A program made the position numbers and the translations under genes. A stretch of 45,366 nucleotides of DNA, filler included, from Jimgerdemannia flammicorona (lineage: Eukaryota): NCBI GenBank assembly GCA_003990765.1. It is 2 parts of 2 records of this genome, joined end to end, with 100 filler letters (N's around TTAATTAATTAA, not from the genome) between each part and the next. Parts side by side here need not be neighbours in the genome. Positions count along the whole stretch, not along the records: positions 1 to 22,637 come from RBNJ01001236.1; positions 22,738 to 45,366 come from RBNJ01001237.1. One strand, written 5' to 3'. The notes beneath the pieces are model-generated. The model was given only the letters and a program-made list of their open reading frames with translations, was not told where the DNA came from and searched no databases. The stretch's first letter is position 1. The number at the start of each line of letters is the position of its first letter. Positions 10,551 to 23,082 of this stretch are shown in pieces.

Positions 10551-11420
10551 TTCTCTTCTAAAAAATAAGGAACAAATGTAGAGTCTTGGAGAGGTCTAAT
10601 CTGGATGCTGGGGCCTTAGAATGCTGAGATCAATCCTTGTATAAATTGATCTGGATTGTTCTGAAGAATGGAATACCAGAAGTCTCCTACTTCATCACTA
10701 TTGAGAGTGATAGTTAACTGGACTTCAGTGGCCACTATGGCCTCCAGTGCATTGGTATGGTGAGCTGATAGTTCCTTGAAGTCTGAGATCCTAGTGTACT
10801 CTAAGTTGGAGATTGACCATGGTATATACTGGAAGATCTGATGAATCTTCTTTACTGTTCTTATTTTATATATATTTATAGAGATGGTATCTTGAATCTC
10901 CTGAGGACTGGCCTGAGAGAACTCTCAGCAGAAAAGATTTCTTATTTTATACTCCTGCTATATCCAAAGGTATTTGGTAGCAATGGTGATCCTTGTTTCC
11001 ATTTTATAGTAATAGAGAATATAATGATAGGGGTCACCAGTACCCAGGTTGATGCTAGGAGTTCTTCTTGTGTAGGTCTCCATGGCTCTTCTGATGTCTT
11101 AAAATATTCTTTTCTGGACTGAGGGGCCTTGATAGTTCCTGGACCTTGAGGTTTGGCAAGCAGCAGATATTTTGTTTGTGGTAAGTCTTTAGAATTATTC
11201 TTGTGAGCTTTGTTTGGATTACTACTACTGTGGTTTCTTGATCCTTCTTTTATATTCCCCAAGATGTCTGTCTTGTGGTCACAATAACTCATAGTTGGTC
11301 ATCATTGCTCATCTTGTAGCTTGGATGAGTCATGCTATATAATCTTCTTGTACTCCAATCTAGTAGCTTATAAGGAAAGACTGTCTCCTATACTGATATC
11401 ATCATTCTGAGATCACTATT
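10551..11420 (-). mobile_element. 3' end (PPT plus decayed extra ORF) of an upstream Gypsy copy sharing LTR A
   Basis: T-run plus AGAAGAGAA directly before LTR A. Coding-like but stop-riddled frames (e.g. ORF 10942..11292). Confidence 0.5.
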
Positions 11421-11889
11421 ACAATAGATTGGCTTGAGCTCTCAGTTACTTTGTCAAAAAGTAATAAAATATTCAATTGATTTCTAAAAGTATAAGTTTT
11501 CTTATTTGATAATATAGATAATTTTGATTGTTTTTTAATAAATGTAGATTCTATATAATATAGTAATTTGGTAAATTTCTCTAAGTTCTTCAGACTTTAT
11601 CCAGCAAGCAGACCAAAATATGATAGATATCTCAAAGTTCTTAAGACTTAATCTAGTAAGTAAACCAAAATTAACAGACTTCTTTATATCAGAAAGTAGA
11701 CTGAAGTAGAAAAGGAAATAAAGCTCACAATCTCCTTAATAATAACTTTAAAGTGGGGATTTCTTCTAAGTATTATAATTATTTCCTTATATCAAGCAGT
11801 ATATCTCTTAAAGATATTATAGACAGACTTGTCTTTTGTTTTTTCTTTGACTTTTTAGACTAAGATTTATTCACTTGAATCCTTGGGGT

Positions 11890-12177
11890 ATTTTATATAA
11901 GTATGGTTACTATCTGGTTATTATTTGAATAATTATAGAATATATAGTAAGACTAATTTAGGAAAGGTATGACTACTTGTTCTCTTGGGAGATGAGTATT
12001 TCTTATAGAATAGATATTTCTATATAAAACAAATATTCCTTCAGAGATCAGTATATCCTGATTTAATACATCTGATTATTTATATAAATTGGTGGTACAT
12101 GTGATAACTATGTGGGGTAACTATGCTAAGTGTACTTTGTACATCATCTGGCTATACTATAGTATTCACTTGTCACA
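11890..12177 (+). repeat. Old LTR 3' end, homologous to 29244-29543
   Basis: Shared blocks TATTTTATAT..GTTA(C/T)TATCT(G/A)GTTATTAT, TAGTAAGACTAATT, ATTTATA(T/C)AAATTG..GTACAT, ATAACTAT and terminal T(G/A)TCACA. Confidence 0.7.
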
Positions 12178-12370
12178 GTATCAAGCACATGATTATGCGA
12201 ATGCATAACATTTTCGATCTAAAACACGTGTGATTACACATATGCTAAAGAATGTAGGAAAATCCAGGAGCTTTTACCAGTGTACATTCGTCTTTACCCC
12301 AAAAAACATTTCATACTCAACCATGGCCACACGATTCTACAAAACATTCAAACTTCCCTGAAAGTACTTT

Positions 12371-12404
<34 letters not shown>

Positions 12405-12581
12405 AACCACGGAGACCGGCAAGGCGTCGATGGAAATGATGTCACAGATGCAACATATAATACAGTTCATGGCGCTCCTAAGCGATGACGGAGGACATCC
12501 TGATCATTCTAGAAGAATCTTTTCTTGATGTTTTGATAAAATCCAGGTCAATTGCAATGTTGCTTCGTTACAAAAGGACTA

Positions 12582-13591
12582 TTATACGAGATCGAACCGA
12601 TTACTTCCAAAAATAAAAGGATTACCATCACAAACCTCCACCAGGGTTTCCTTGTCAGTATATTCATGAGTGCTTACACAATCCATGCGTGCTTTCGACC
12701 CAAACTCACATTCAACGCACTCGTTCTCCACACATGCCACGCACATCACCTTTTCGCAGTCAGCGCAATTCCTCCAACCACTTCGCCCAACATTCGTCAC
12801 ACCGCACGCATCTGCCTGACGTGCTGATACGAACTGTTCTACAATCTCTACAAGTCTCCTGTCTCTCGGTGTCTCTGATGCAGGTAGTACATGTCAGAGC
12901 TGCACAAGAAGACCTTGTACACCTTGTCAGGACCTTCATCTTTTGCACGCACTCACTTGAACATGCCCGTTTGACCTGCTGGCATGGCGAGCATATAATT
13001 GCATGTGCGCCACAGATTCTCATCCCGCGTCCATCACAGGTAGTCAGCATGGGTGCGGTTGTATAAGGGATGACGCAAGTCTTGCATTTTGTCGTGAGGC
13101 ACACTTTGCAAGTGGACGGTTTGTGAGCGATGCAAAAGTAAATATGGCGTCGGCATGTTGTACAAGAGAGAACGTTTGTTGAGTAAGCAGCGCAGCATCT
13201 TTCGCATATATTGATCTCCAGAGCTGGCCGAAGATTGCAGCTTAGCGTGCGAATAGATTGAAGAGTCTTCGGGAGATTAATGCTTGCCTCATATTCGGAG
13301 CCACATGAGGAATGTAAAATTCAATCAAGTTCCTGTGCACAAACCGGTTACTGCCAAGATCATTCAATGCTTGATTGACTATTTTTGCAGCGACATAAAA
13401 TTTCCGGAGATCAAATATTTGATGACGGTGGTGTTGGCGAGTGCAGAAGAAAAAGGTGTGCCAACATCTTGCAAGGTGATGAGCTCAAAGGAGGCACCAT
13501 GTTTCCGGTGCATTGAGACCCGTGTGTTCCAGTCGCCCTCAACCACGATCGTGAGCAACATTTCAGTGGCAAGGTTTGAAAATTGCGACAT
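12582..13591 (-). pseudogene. F-box-like N-terminus plus long CxxC-rich C-terminus, frameshifted
   Basis: Starts MSQFSNLATEMLLTIV (F-box-like). At least three frame changes. Then ALEINICERC...CTTCRR...CKVC...CKTC...CSPC...CTTC...CRDC...CVRCDEC, with a frameshift to CADC...CVAC...CVEC. Confidence 0.6.
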
Positions 13592-14106
13592 GTCGTAAAG
13601 GTCTAGGTCAAACTGGCGAAGTAGGAGATGATAGGTTTGATATGTCACGACGACTAACAAGGAAAAACAACCAGTGGAGCAGAGGAGCTAACACATACAC
13701 CACATTTGAGAAGGACGCGAGACTATGAGAAGAACACGACACTATAAGGATGCGGTGTTGATAAAGGACAAAGTTTTTTGTTTATTGTTTACCAGATTGA
13801 CGTCGCTGTTGTCCAATCAAAAACTATTGTTGTAGGCTGAATTCCTCTGAAAAATCGCAATAATTAATTAATTACTTTTTCCGGAACCATTGCACATCTT
13901 TTTGCCAGAACCTGGAAGCTTGTCCTTAGCCAGGTCGTAGAGTGGCGACCACGTTGTGTATTTTAGAGGTTCTCGGAATTTTCGCAGAATTTCCTTCGGT
14001 GGGTGTCGAGGTCCTTGAAGGTTTAGCTGTTGTCAAGTTCGACATCCTCATACTACTCTATTATAATACATACTTCGTTTTGTTTACATCGCTATTAACT
14101 TGCCAA

Positions 14107-14640
14107 GACTACCACACGAGAATAGACCGGCCCTACACACACACTATCTTCGCACACTCTTCGGCCCCGTACAAGGTATGAAATCTGACGCTCCCTCCCA
14201 CTCTCCCATTCGCAAACTCCTTGTACTAATTCCCCAGAACCTCGCGCCTAGGCCAAAATATCCATCCTGGTCACACGCTCCGACGCTCACCCTCCGTCAA
14301 GCCGTTAAGTTTCCCCAACCTTGATGGGGAAGAGATGAGCTGGCAATAGAGTGGAGACATTGAATGTGCGGGTGGATTTTTTGGATGAATACGTTAGAGG
14401 AGGCCTGGATGGGAGAGGTTGGAATGGATCACACCGTCGAACTCTATTGAATGGACTCTACCCCCCCTGGTCACCACTTACTCCCAACACGTCGCAGGCG
14501 TCAAGATTGAGGACCAGTACATTGAAAACTGGTTTACTTTGACATTTCGGGCGGGGAGGAGGAGGAGAGGTTTTCTGGGTCATATGCGAGTCTCTTCCCG
14601 CTCGCCAAACACCGCAGCTTGATGAGTATAAAGATGCTAC
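14107..14640 (+). pseudogene. Unidentified spliced coding remnant
   Basis: Canonical 62-bp intron 14176-14237 (GTATGA...CTAAT...CAG) and an upstream acceptor at ~14106, but no continuous frame or recognisable domain. Confidence 0.25.
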
Positions 14641-15749
14641 CTCCACCCAGCAGACATTTCAAAAAAAAGCATTCCAAGTAATGTCTTACATCCTCGCATC
14701 AAACCCAAAATACTCTCCAAATACCAATTTTCGGGCACGCGTCTGTTTGTCTTTAACCAAAAAAGAAAAAGCAAAAAAAAATTCAGCAAATACCGCATCT
14801 GTGGGAAGCCTTTGGTATCCGAAGGGATCTGTACGCTGTGCCAACCTGACAATGTCGGCCGTTGAGCCCGTGACGACGATGTTGAGCTGGGAATCGATCC
14901 TCCCCTCCCGAGTTGATGTTTGAATTTGTCATCGTGTGTGGGAGCGGCGGATGGGTTAGCATGAAGGGGATTTTTTTTTTTTTTTAATACTGTTCTTGGC
15001 TACTCTAAATAAGGGGAATTTATCAGATGTGATTCTTGGGGTGTAAAAAGGCAACATCAATACAACAATGGAAAAACTGCCAGCACGCCTTATAAAAATT
15101 TGAAGAAAATGATGGGAGGGAGCCACCATCATCTCAACGTGGCACATTAGAATAGAGCGGAAAGGGAATAAAAATGAGCCGAGACAAGACCCACCACTGC
15201 CAATTCCGTTACGGTTTGTTTCCGGTAGGTTTCGTCCTTGCTCAGGGGATTCGTCAGTTGGCATAGTGGAGGGCGGAAAAGGCCAAGAGATGAACAAAGA
15301 ACGAAAAAAAGTATGGAAATAGAGGAGTAGGCCTGTGATTCTTGCGATCCTTGGGGACGGGCGCCTTCAGTTGGCCGTCGCGACGTTCGGACTCCTCCCT
15401 GGCGCCGGATGTGTCGTTCCGGTCGCTCGCGCCGCGCCCGTGGCCAAGGAGCTGGTCGACCTTGTTGCGAGGGTAGGGTATGCGACGTTGGAGATGGTCA
15501 AGGGCAGGAAGGGGTCTATCTTTGACGAATGGGATCGCTCATTTTGGAGACCACGCCCAAATTTTCTGCATCCCATAACCGCCCCGTCTTCCATGTAGAT
15601 TTTGTGTTAAGGCTGAGGGTGGGCACGGATGGCTTGGTGGTAGGTCAGGCGCTTAATAAATCTGGACTGGACTGGTACGGGCTGTCATATTTTTTTCGCT
15701 TTCATTGTCAAACACTGTGCAGTGCCTTTCTGGTAGCGCTTATTGCTTT

Positions 15750-15905
15750 TTTGCCTTCCACCTCCCATACTCATTCTCCCTCTTCTACTCTCTCTCCTGC
15801 TCCCTTTTCTACTCTCTTTTTTACTCCTTTTTTTACTCTTCTTCTCCTCTGTTCTCTCCTCTCTCCTCTACTCTCTCCCCTCCTCCCTCCCCTACTCCTC
15901 TCCCA
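15750..15905. repeat. Polypyrimidine (CT-rich) low-complexity tract
   Basis: About 155 nt almost entirely C/T with CTACTCTCT/CTCCTC units. It generates the Leu/Ser/Pro-rich spurious ORFs here. Confidence 0.85.
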
Positions 15906-18638
15906 TAATGCTCGTCGTCAGCACCTCGGAAGCTCTGTTGATTCTCCCTGCTCTTTGAGGCCGACTCGGACTCGCCCACACCCTTCTTCCACCTGCACAT
16001 ATGTGAATCTTTCCTTCTCTCTCGCCTGCACGATGGCGAGCCTGGCATGTCTAACGATGAGGACCACCTGCGCCCAGGACGTGGTCAACGAGTGCGTGCG
16101 TCACGCAGGAAATGTATTTCCTGAGGCTAAGTATTAGGGATGCGTTATTGCCGCGCATACAAGGAAGAGAATGGTAAGGCGGCGGCGGTGGTGAGGGTGC
16201 TTGACCGAAGCAAAACTACGGAGCCACGGCTATGTGGGTTTGTCAGGCAGGCTAAAAAGTCTTGTTTATTCAATCCAGATATATTTTTATTACGTTTGGT
16301 AAAAAGAAGACCAATCCAGAATCCCGACACACCACGAAAAAAGAAAATTATTAATATCCAACCTCGCACTGTCACTACCCTTCCCCCTCTCCCTCCCTCC
16401 TCGTAACATTCTAAACCCCCACTCGACCTCTGCGCATATCGTTAAAAATGGTACGTAGAACTGCGCCAAAGACGGCAATTGTTATTCCGTCCACCAGGGA
16501 ACGACACCCTTTCCAACATTCAGGCCTCTTTAATGTTACATATTACACGGGAATTACCCAAACTCAATAAACGATCGCCCAGTTCCTCATTTCATCCTTT
16601 CACACGCTACCAGAACACTATCTCAGGGACCGGAACCGGAAACTGGACAACCCTCCCCCCCTCTGCGTATCAGGTTTCCGAAATACCCCAGGCCCTCAGC
16701 CCATTTCACCAGTCTGGTCGCCAGCCAGGTACCAGAGGGCACCAGAAAATGGCGGGCTTAAATGTTTGAGGTACTAAAGGCCTCTCCTTCGACGTGCCTA
16801 CGATTCTCCTCCCGTTACCAGCCTAATCATCATGACATCGTCACCATCGGGTAATCACGTAAAGAAATGCCATGTGGTCATCACCCCAAAGATAAATAAA
16901 ATCATTTCCATCGCCAGTGGGTCAACGTCACGCCCTTGGCCTGGCTCCAAAATTTAAAACCTCAAACTCATCCAGTCTCACCGCCAACAATAATTTCCTT
17001 CCTCGCCCGCGCCGTGCTGCTCCGCCCGCCCGTCTGCCCGCCCGTCCGCTCTTCTATCGCCGTCCCACGTCGCGCGTATGCGGACCATGCCAATCACGGT
17101 GCGCCCAAGCGCGGGAATTCAACAAGAAGTTTTTGGTAAGTCCACTTCTCCGAGTAGTCCTGGCTTCCTTTCGTCGCTCAAGGGTCTTTGGTGTCGCAAC
17201 CGTGGCGTCATGCCAATTCGTAAGACTCATCTCTCCTCTGTTCTCTCCGTCGCCATTGTGAGTGCTTTCGTGCCGTCTTTTTTGTATCTTATTTGGTGTA
17301 CTTCCCGGGCTCGTTTATATATATACGATTGTCTGTTTTTCTTTCAGCTTTTCTACCTGACGCGAAAACGCCCAAGCAAAAAAATCACAAGGACGATGTA
17401 TCGCGTTTCCTGAACCACCCTCAATCAAAGTCATTTCATAGACATACAAGTAGCCCACTACGGTTTTATCTAGTTCCCTTTAATAGCCTCGAATTATCGT
17501 CTTCCTTATGCTCGGGCGCGATATTGAATTAGCTTATATTGAAACATAGAGTATGATCATTGATTTCTCACATCGCTCACGACACTACATGTCCAAACGC
17601 CACAATTTCAAACCAAATGTCTTTCCTCAGAAGTTTGAGTGAGGAAATCCGAACCAATAGACTTGAGGAAAAAAAAAAAAAAAAAAAAATGCTGATGTCA
17701 CGGTAATTTATATAACTGGATCAAACAAAGAATATTGGAAATAAAACATGATATTTGATTGGTTGTAGGTCACTTACCATCTCAGGGGACGCGCATAGAC
17801 GCGATGTATGGTTCTGATTCTTCCTTTTTCGCTTGTTCATTGACCTTGCCTTATGGCTCGAGTTCACTCGTACACTCTCCTCCATTTGTCACTGCGGGAA
17901 TTGTGTGTGCTACGCCCAAATATAAGGAAATATTGTTACGACTGCACGATGTTGGTCTATGGGCCGCTTGATGATGGTTGTTTATTGGGAGCGATTGAGC
18001 GTTTTTAGGATGAGTTATCCATTCAAATAGCTTCCAAGTAAACATAACGTAAAGTTGCCTATGTTGAAATCTTTAGCTTTGCCTATTATTTCCTTGTATT
18101 TGCCACGATATCGTGCTTTGTCTCATTGCATTGCGTACGCCTTCGAGTACGGGCTTTGGTTAAACATATTGATCCAGTGATCCAGTGGTTGCTGATTTGA
18201 TACCTCCCCTTGCCAATTGCTTGAGTAAAATCTCGTCGCACGAATCGGATCTGAATTTATTTATTTTTTTTTCTTTTTCAATGTTTTGGTGCTAGCACGA
18301 GAGTTACTGAACATTTGGAAAAGAAACCGGTGCGCTGTCTGGCCGAACCGACGCTTTCGATCAAGACCTGCTAGCGGGTGTTACTGCAGGCTATTGATGT
18401 GGTGCGAGGAACTGCCAGCAATTGGTCTTTGTTTCCATGACCCGATAACATCTTCGACCTCTTTTAACTATAGTAGAGTTCTCGTGAGTGGGTTTCATTA
18501 TCTATAATAACAATAAAGGAGGGGAGGGATTGAATATGTCAGCTTTAAGTTTTTGTAGCCTTTACTGTATTAATCATTTGTCTAGTTTGTTTTACATTCT
18601 CGCATACATCTACGGTATTTGGCAACACAACTTTGCTC

Positions 18639-18669
<31 letters not shown>

Positions 18670-20709
18670 ATCCTTTAGTTCATGCTATTATATATCATGA
18701 TTATATATATATATAAGTTACTTATAAAAATATAATTAACTTAATGCCCCATGTAAATTTAAATGTAAAACAAACTAAGGGATATGTTCCTCACGCGAAG
18801 TCAGGTTTCCAATTTAGAGTTTTTGGCATGCGTCAAAATACTGACACAACTTTAACCTGATCTCGGAGGTCACTCGGGTAATTGTCAAACCTCGTGGTTG
18901 AGTGCATAAATACATAAATACAGCAATTTCTGGTATACTAGAGGGTCTAAGCCAGCATCGCGCGGGATTAAGACATTAACAGCGCTGATGATGGTTGTAC
19001 GATATCATTTGGGATTGTTTGAGTTGGATGTATGGCTGGATAAGTGATTCCAGTCAACAAAAGAATATGAGAGAGGAGTAACAGTCTATTTATAATATCT
19101 CCCCCTCAATGCTGGGTTAAATCACGGGACCCAAAGGCACGACTCAGGATTTCCACAGTATACCTGCATTATCATCCTCCTCCTCATTGGCTGTACCCAC
19201 GACCCTCTTGTCCATCCAGTCGCGAACAAACAGGAAATCACCCATCTCACGCAGTACCGAGGATGCTGGATTGCCCCGCGCCCATTGATCCAGGAGATCA
19301 TCCACCGAAACCACCCCTTCGGCAAGAGGCTCAAGAAGCTATCCTGTCCGTGACCAGCACATCCTTTTCGAGCATAACCCCGGCGCCCACCACATATCTT
19401 GAGATCACACTATCGACCAAGACGCAGGAGCTCGCCTCGTCCGCTACAAAAGCACCGAAACCAGCATTAGAATGAACTCCCTAACTCGTCACCGTCGACC
19501 GACGCTCAGGAGGTAGCCCCGCTTCCCTGGCGTGTCCAACAAGCCGGAACCTCAACACCTGAACGAATACAACCACAACCATTAACGGATCCCGAGGGGT
19601 TATAGACAGCTAAACAAAAGGTAGTGGGTCGTAGTGCAGTATGAGAGCGAGATCACACGATGTACCTTTGAAGCATTGTATTCGGAATAAACATCGAGTT
19701 GGTACATACATGCATACGTAACAAGGTGTTTGCAATATACATAAGTCACTGGAATGAAAATAAGAGACCACGTGCTGATACAATTTTGGTTTCCCTAGGA
19801 TTAGATAAAGGACATGCATAAACGGATGCTTTTATTAATTTCAAGCCGAGGACCTCCTCGGAACCTAACTCATGGTAGGTTAGGTAGCTGTCGCGATCTG
19901 CATAAGTCAAGGTGTAACTAGACTTCGATTGGGCTTGGGTTGTTATACAATTAAGAATAATGCTCTGCTTGATTTTCGTGTTGGGACCTGTATGCGGTTG
20001 AGGTTACTGTTATATGATGTACCTTTTGTCGTTCATTCACTGGGATAATCCTGTCAGTCGCTGATCTTCATCTCTCCGATGAAGTACTACTGCTATCTTC
20101 ATCTGTACTTCTTTACTTCCAACATCTCCTCATGCAGGGACTTTGCAAAATAATGAAGCTTAAATTCAAACTCTCCAAACAAACAAAACTTTGTCGAGAT
20201 CCCTCCGCCGAGATCCCTCCCGCTACTGAGATCCCCTTTTGCCTGAAGTGGAACGGTTTAAAGCCCTTGACTATTGTACAAAACTTGATACCTCATGACT
20301 GTCACAGTAAACCTGAATGATGAGCATTCCGAAGCATTCCGATTTCAAATCCGGAACATTGTACCCTGCACGACTTTGGGGATCGCAACTTTTATATTAG
20401 ATAAGCGCTTTCAATCTAAACAATCAAGAATTTGCGCAAACTAATTGCACTAACAATTTGCTAATCACTTGCTCGCTGTTTTCTATTTTGTGGTGATGGT
20501 TGCTAAACGACGGTCGCGAAATTTTCCGCCTTTGTTCAGATGAAAACCGCCACTAGCGTTCGGAGGTCACAGACTCCCAAGTTCATTACAGTTTTAAGAT
20601 AATCAGCGATCCGGTTTCCAACCACCATCCCGTTTCGTGGTATGTCGATCGCCGGTTTAAATGCCCGTCCGAAGAAACCTCGACCCACCCAGGCAAACCA
20701 AGATAAGCC

Positions 20710-21798
20710 ATGAACTCCACCACGGATCAATTAACCCCACCGATCCCGCCCGAGGACATAGCCACCATTACCGGCGCATGGTCTGCCCTCGCCTTCAGTA
20801 TCCTCAGCTGTGTCATCATTGGGAGAAAAGCCAGGGTGGACTTCAGCGCTATCCGAGCCTGTTGCTTTCTCGCAGAGATCCTGACTGGTGTCGGCCTGGC
20901 CAGTGCCAACGTAATGCGGCTTTCATCCCAGATCCCTGAACCTATCTTCAACATCCTACTGTGTCTCCTACAAATTCTATTCATAGACCTCATGATCGCC
21001 GCAACATTCCACCTGGGCGTCAAGCTTAATGGGACCAAGAAACACCGCTTCAATGCACTCTACAAAATGACCATTGTGTGGGGTGTGCTGATGAACGTAG
21101 GGGCTGGTGTGAGCCTCGTTTTGGGGCAATATTTGCACCTGTTTGATGCAGGGAATAATGCATTCTTAGCGGCACGATGCTCAGGACTTGTTGCCTCGGT
21201 GTGCGCGTTCTTGTATGCATTTTATCCGGTTCTCCAAGTGAACGATATGAAGGATATGTCTTCTGTGCCTTCGAGTGTTGTACCGGTGGCAATTTGGTGA
21301 GGCCTATTGGAATCCGACGCGCACTGATATTTCACATGACCGCATGAAATGCACTAAACTTGGCCTGTTTCCTTTTTATGACATTGATAGGTACCTATCT
21401 GGGTTCGCCCTTGTTATCACACTGACTGTCATTACCTATTCAATCTCTGCCGTATATCCTCGGCAACAATACAGAGCAGTTGATATTGGCACAGCCACCA
21501 GCTCGGTTTTCATTAGGTATTATATCTATCTAACATGTCCGTTCACCAGAACATCACTTCCTTTCACTCACACGTCCAACCTCAATACCACAGATCGGCC
21601 TTTCTAGTCTTCTACTCCTTCCAGGCCCCAAGTGCGGCCATCATGGCTATCCGTCAACAGTTCTTCACAGACCCATTGATCTCCAGCGGTGACATCGAAA
21701 AGCAAATAAGAGCAGTGAACGTGCTCTCGGACAAACAAGTGCTGTCAACGGAGTCGACAATGCCGAAGGAATATAGTTTGCGTAATTGCCCGCAATGA
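20710..21798 (+). CDS. Intact 3-exon orphan seven-transmembrane protein (305 aa), GPCR-like topology
   Basis: Exons 20710-21296, 21391-21516 and 21594-21798 are joined by GT-AG introns in matching phase (TG|G = W, AG|A = R), total 918 nt. Seven hydrophobic stretches, N-terminal NST sequon, polar C-terminal tail. Confidence 0.85.
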
Positions 21799-22637
21799 AT
21801 GATACCCACATTAGGCTCCAATATATTGAATCTTGCTTCCAATTTTGAACGCAATATAGCAATTGAGCTCGTTTTATTCTTTCTCTAGTCTTTCTTTTCT
21901 ATTTGTACTAAATACCACGCCTTTGTCTATTTGCTGCACCGCATGGTACTGGTACTGAATGCTGTAAAAGTTTTTGTTTTGCATATGATACATTGAATAT
22001 TTGTAGCAAATAAATAGTTATGATCAAAACATAAGCTAGATCTTGAAATAAATATCAAAAAAAAAAAAAAAAAAAAACTTCAGACCCATTTTGCCTATCC
22101 TATCCTATCCAACGCAGCTGATCCGACAGTTCAATCCGCGGACAGTCAAGCGTTCCAACGCGACATTACCCGTCGTTGCCAAAGGTGAACGGGTTTGGGC
22201 GTTTCACAGGCCACATGTCGATCACATCATTATTAAATCTTCACAGCACGGTTCAGGTGTAATACGAAATGACAAACATTGCATCTTTATCAATACCGCA
22301 AAACGCATAAACGAATACAGAATATACTAGAGCAATTGAATGATGTAGTCGCCATCTCTGATCCGACCATTCATTGGCGTTGCGCTACGGAAGGTCAAGG
22401 GGGTAAATCGTCAGGGACTTAAACTGCAGGAAATGTGTGTTTTAACATCCGGGGCGTTTGTCGCAGGGACGCTTAGGTATTGCACGACCTCGTTTCAATT
22501 TGCCATAAAAGTCAGCACAAGAAATTACATTGAACACATACAAGTTTTCTTCATCCTTTCCCCCAATATTTCAGCTTGGCGAGTAATGGGCCCAACTTTG
22601 CTCGTACAGATTCAGAGAAAGTCCCCCTTCTCCCCCC

Positions 22638-22737
22638 NNNNNNNNNNNNNNNNNNNNNNNNNNNNNNNNNNNNNNNNNNNNTTAATTAATTAANNNNNNN
22701 NNNNNNNNNNNNNNNNNNNNNNNNNNNNNNNNNNNNN
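22638..22737. other. Assembly spacer: 44 N + TTAATTAATTAA + 44 N
   Basis: A six-frame-stop linker embedded in Ns, 100 bp in total. Confidence 0.97.
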
Positions 22738-22869
22738 AATATATTAACTTTATTAATATATATATAAATTTAATAGTCTTTATCATGTTATATTCTTCTA
22801 TATAAGACAAATCTAATAGCTAATAATCATTAAATTTGGATATATTTTTGTTGAGATATTATATTCTAA

Positions 22870-22984
22870 AAATAGAGTTCAAATTAGACCCTTGATTTGA
22901 TTCAAATTTGATTCAAATTTATTCAAATTGAAAAATCCCCAATTTAATTCAATTTAAATTGATTTGATTCATTTAAGAGTACTA
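22870..22984. mobile_element. Probable DNA-transposon end, same family as 4360-4486
   Basis: GATTTGATTCAAATTT repeats ending in AGAGTACTA. Confidence 0.4.
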
Positions 22985-23082
22985 GTTATATGGTTACTAT
23001 TTGTGTCTTTTTTTAAAAATTATTTGATATATAATTCTATTACAAAATACTTCCTTTTTTTACTTAAATAAAGCTCAGCTTA

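Noticed and set aside
14640..17540. Protein-coding gene(s) in the GC/CpG-rich stretch, including a J-domain-like INRASEVLT on the minus strand (~15915-15945)
   Set aside because: Splice-like signals exist, but I could not assemble a continuous frame. There is no HPD motif, and the ORFs are low complexity. It may be promoter/UTR or an old pseudogene; left unresolved.
18960..19620. Small LTR element suggested by the minus-strand purine tract GAGGGGGAGA near 19100
   Set aside because: No paired LTR, PBS or retroelement protein motif was found.
12373..22077. Poly(A) runs (12373-12403, 17669-17689, 18639-18667, 22057-22077) as retroposed SINE or processed-gene tails
   Set aside because: No shared upstream body or clear TSDs; treated as simple homopolymers.
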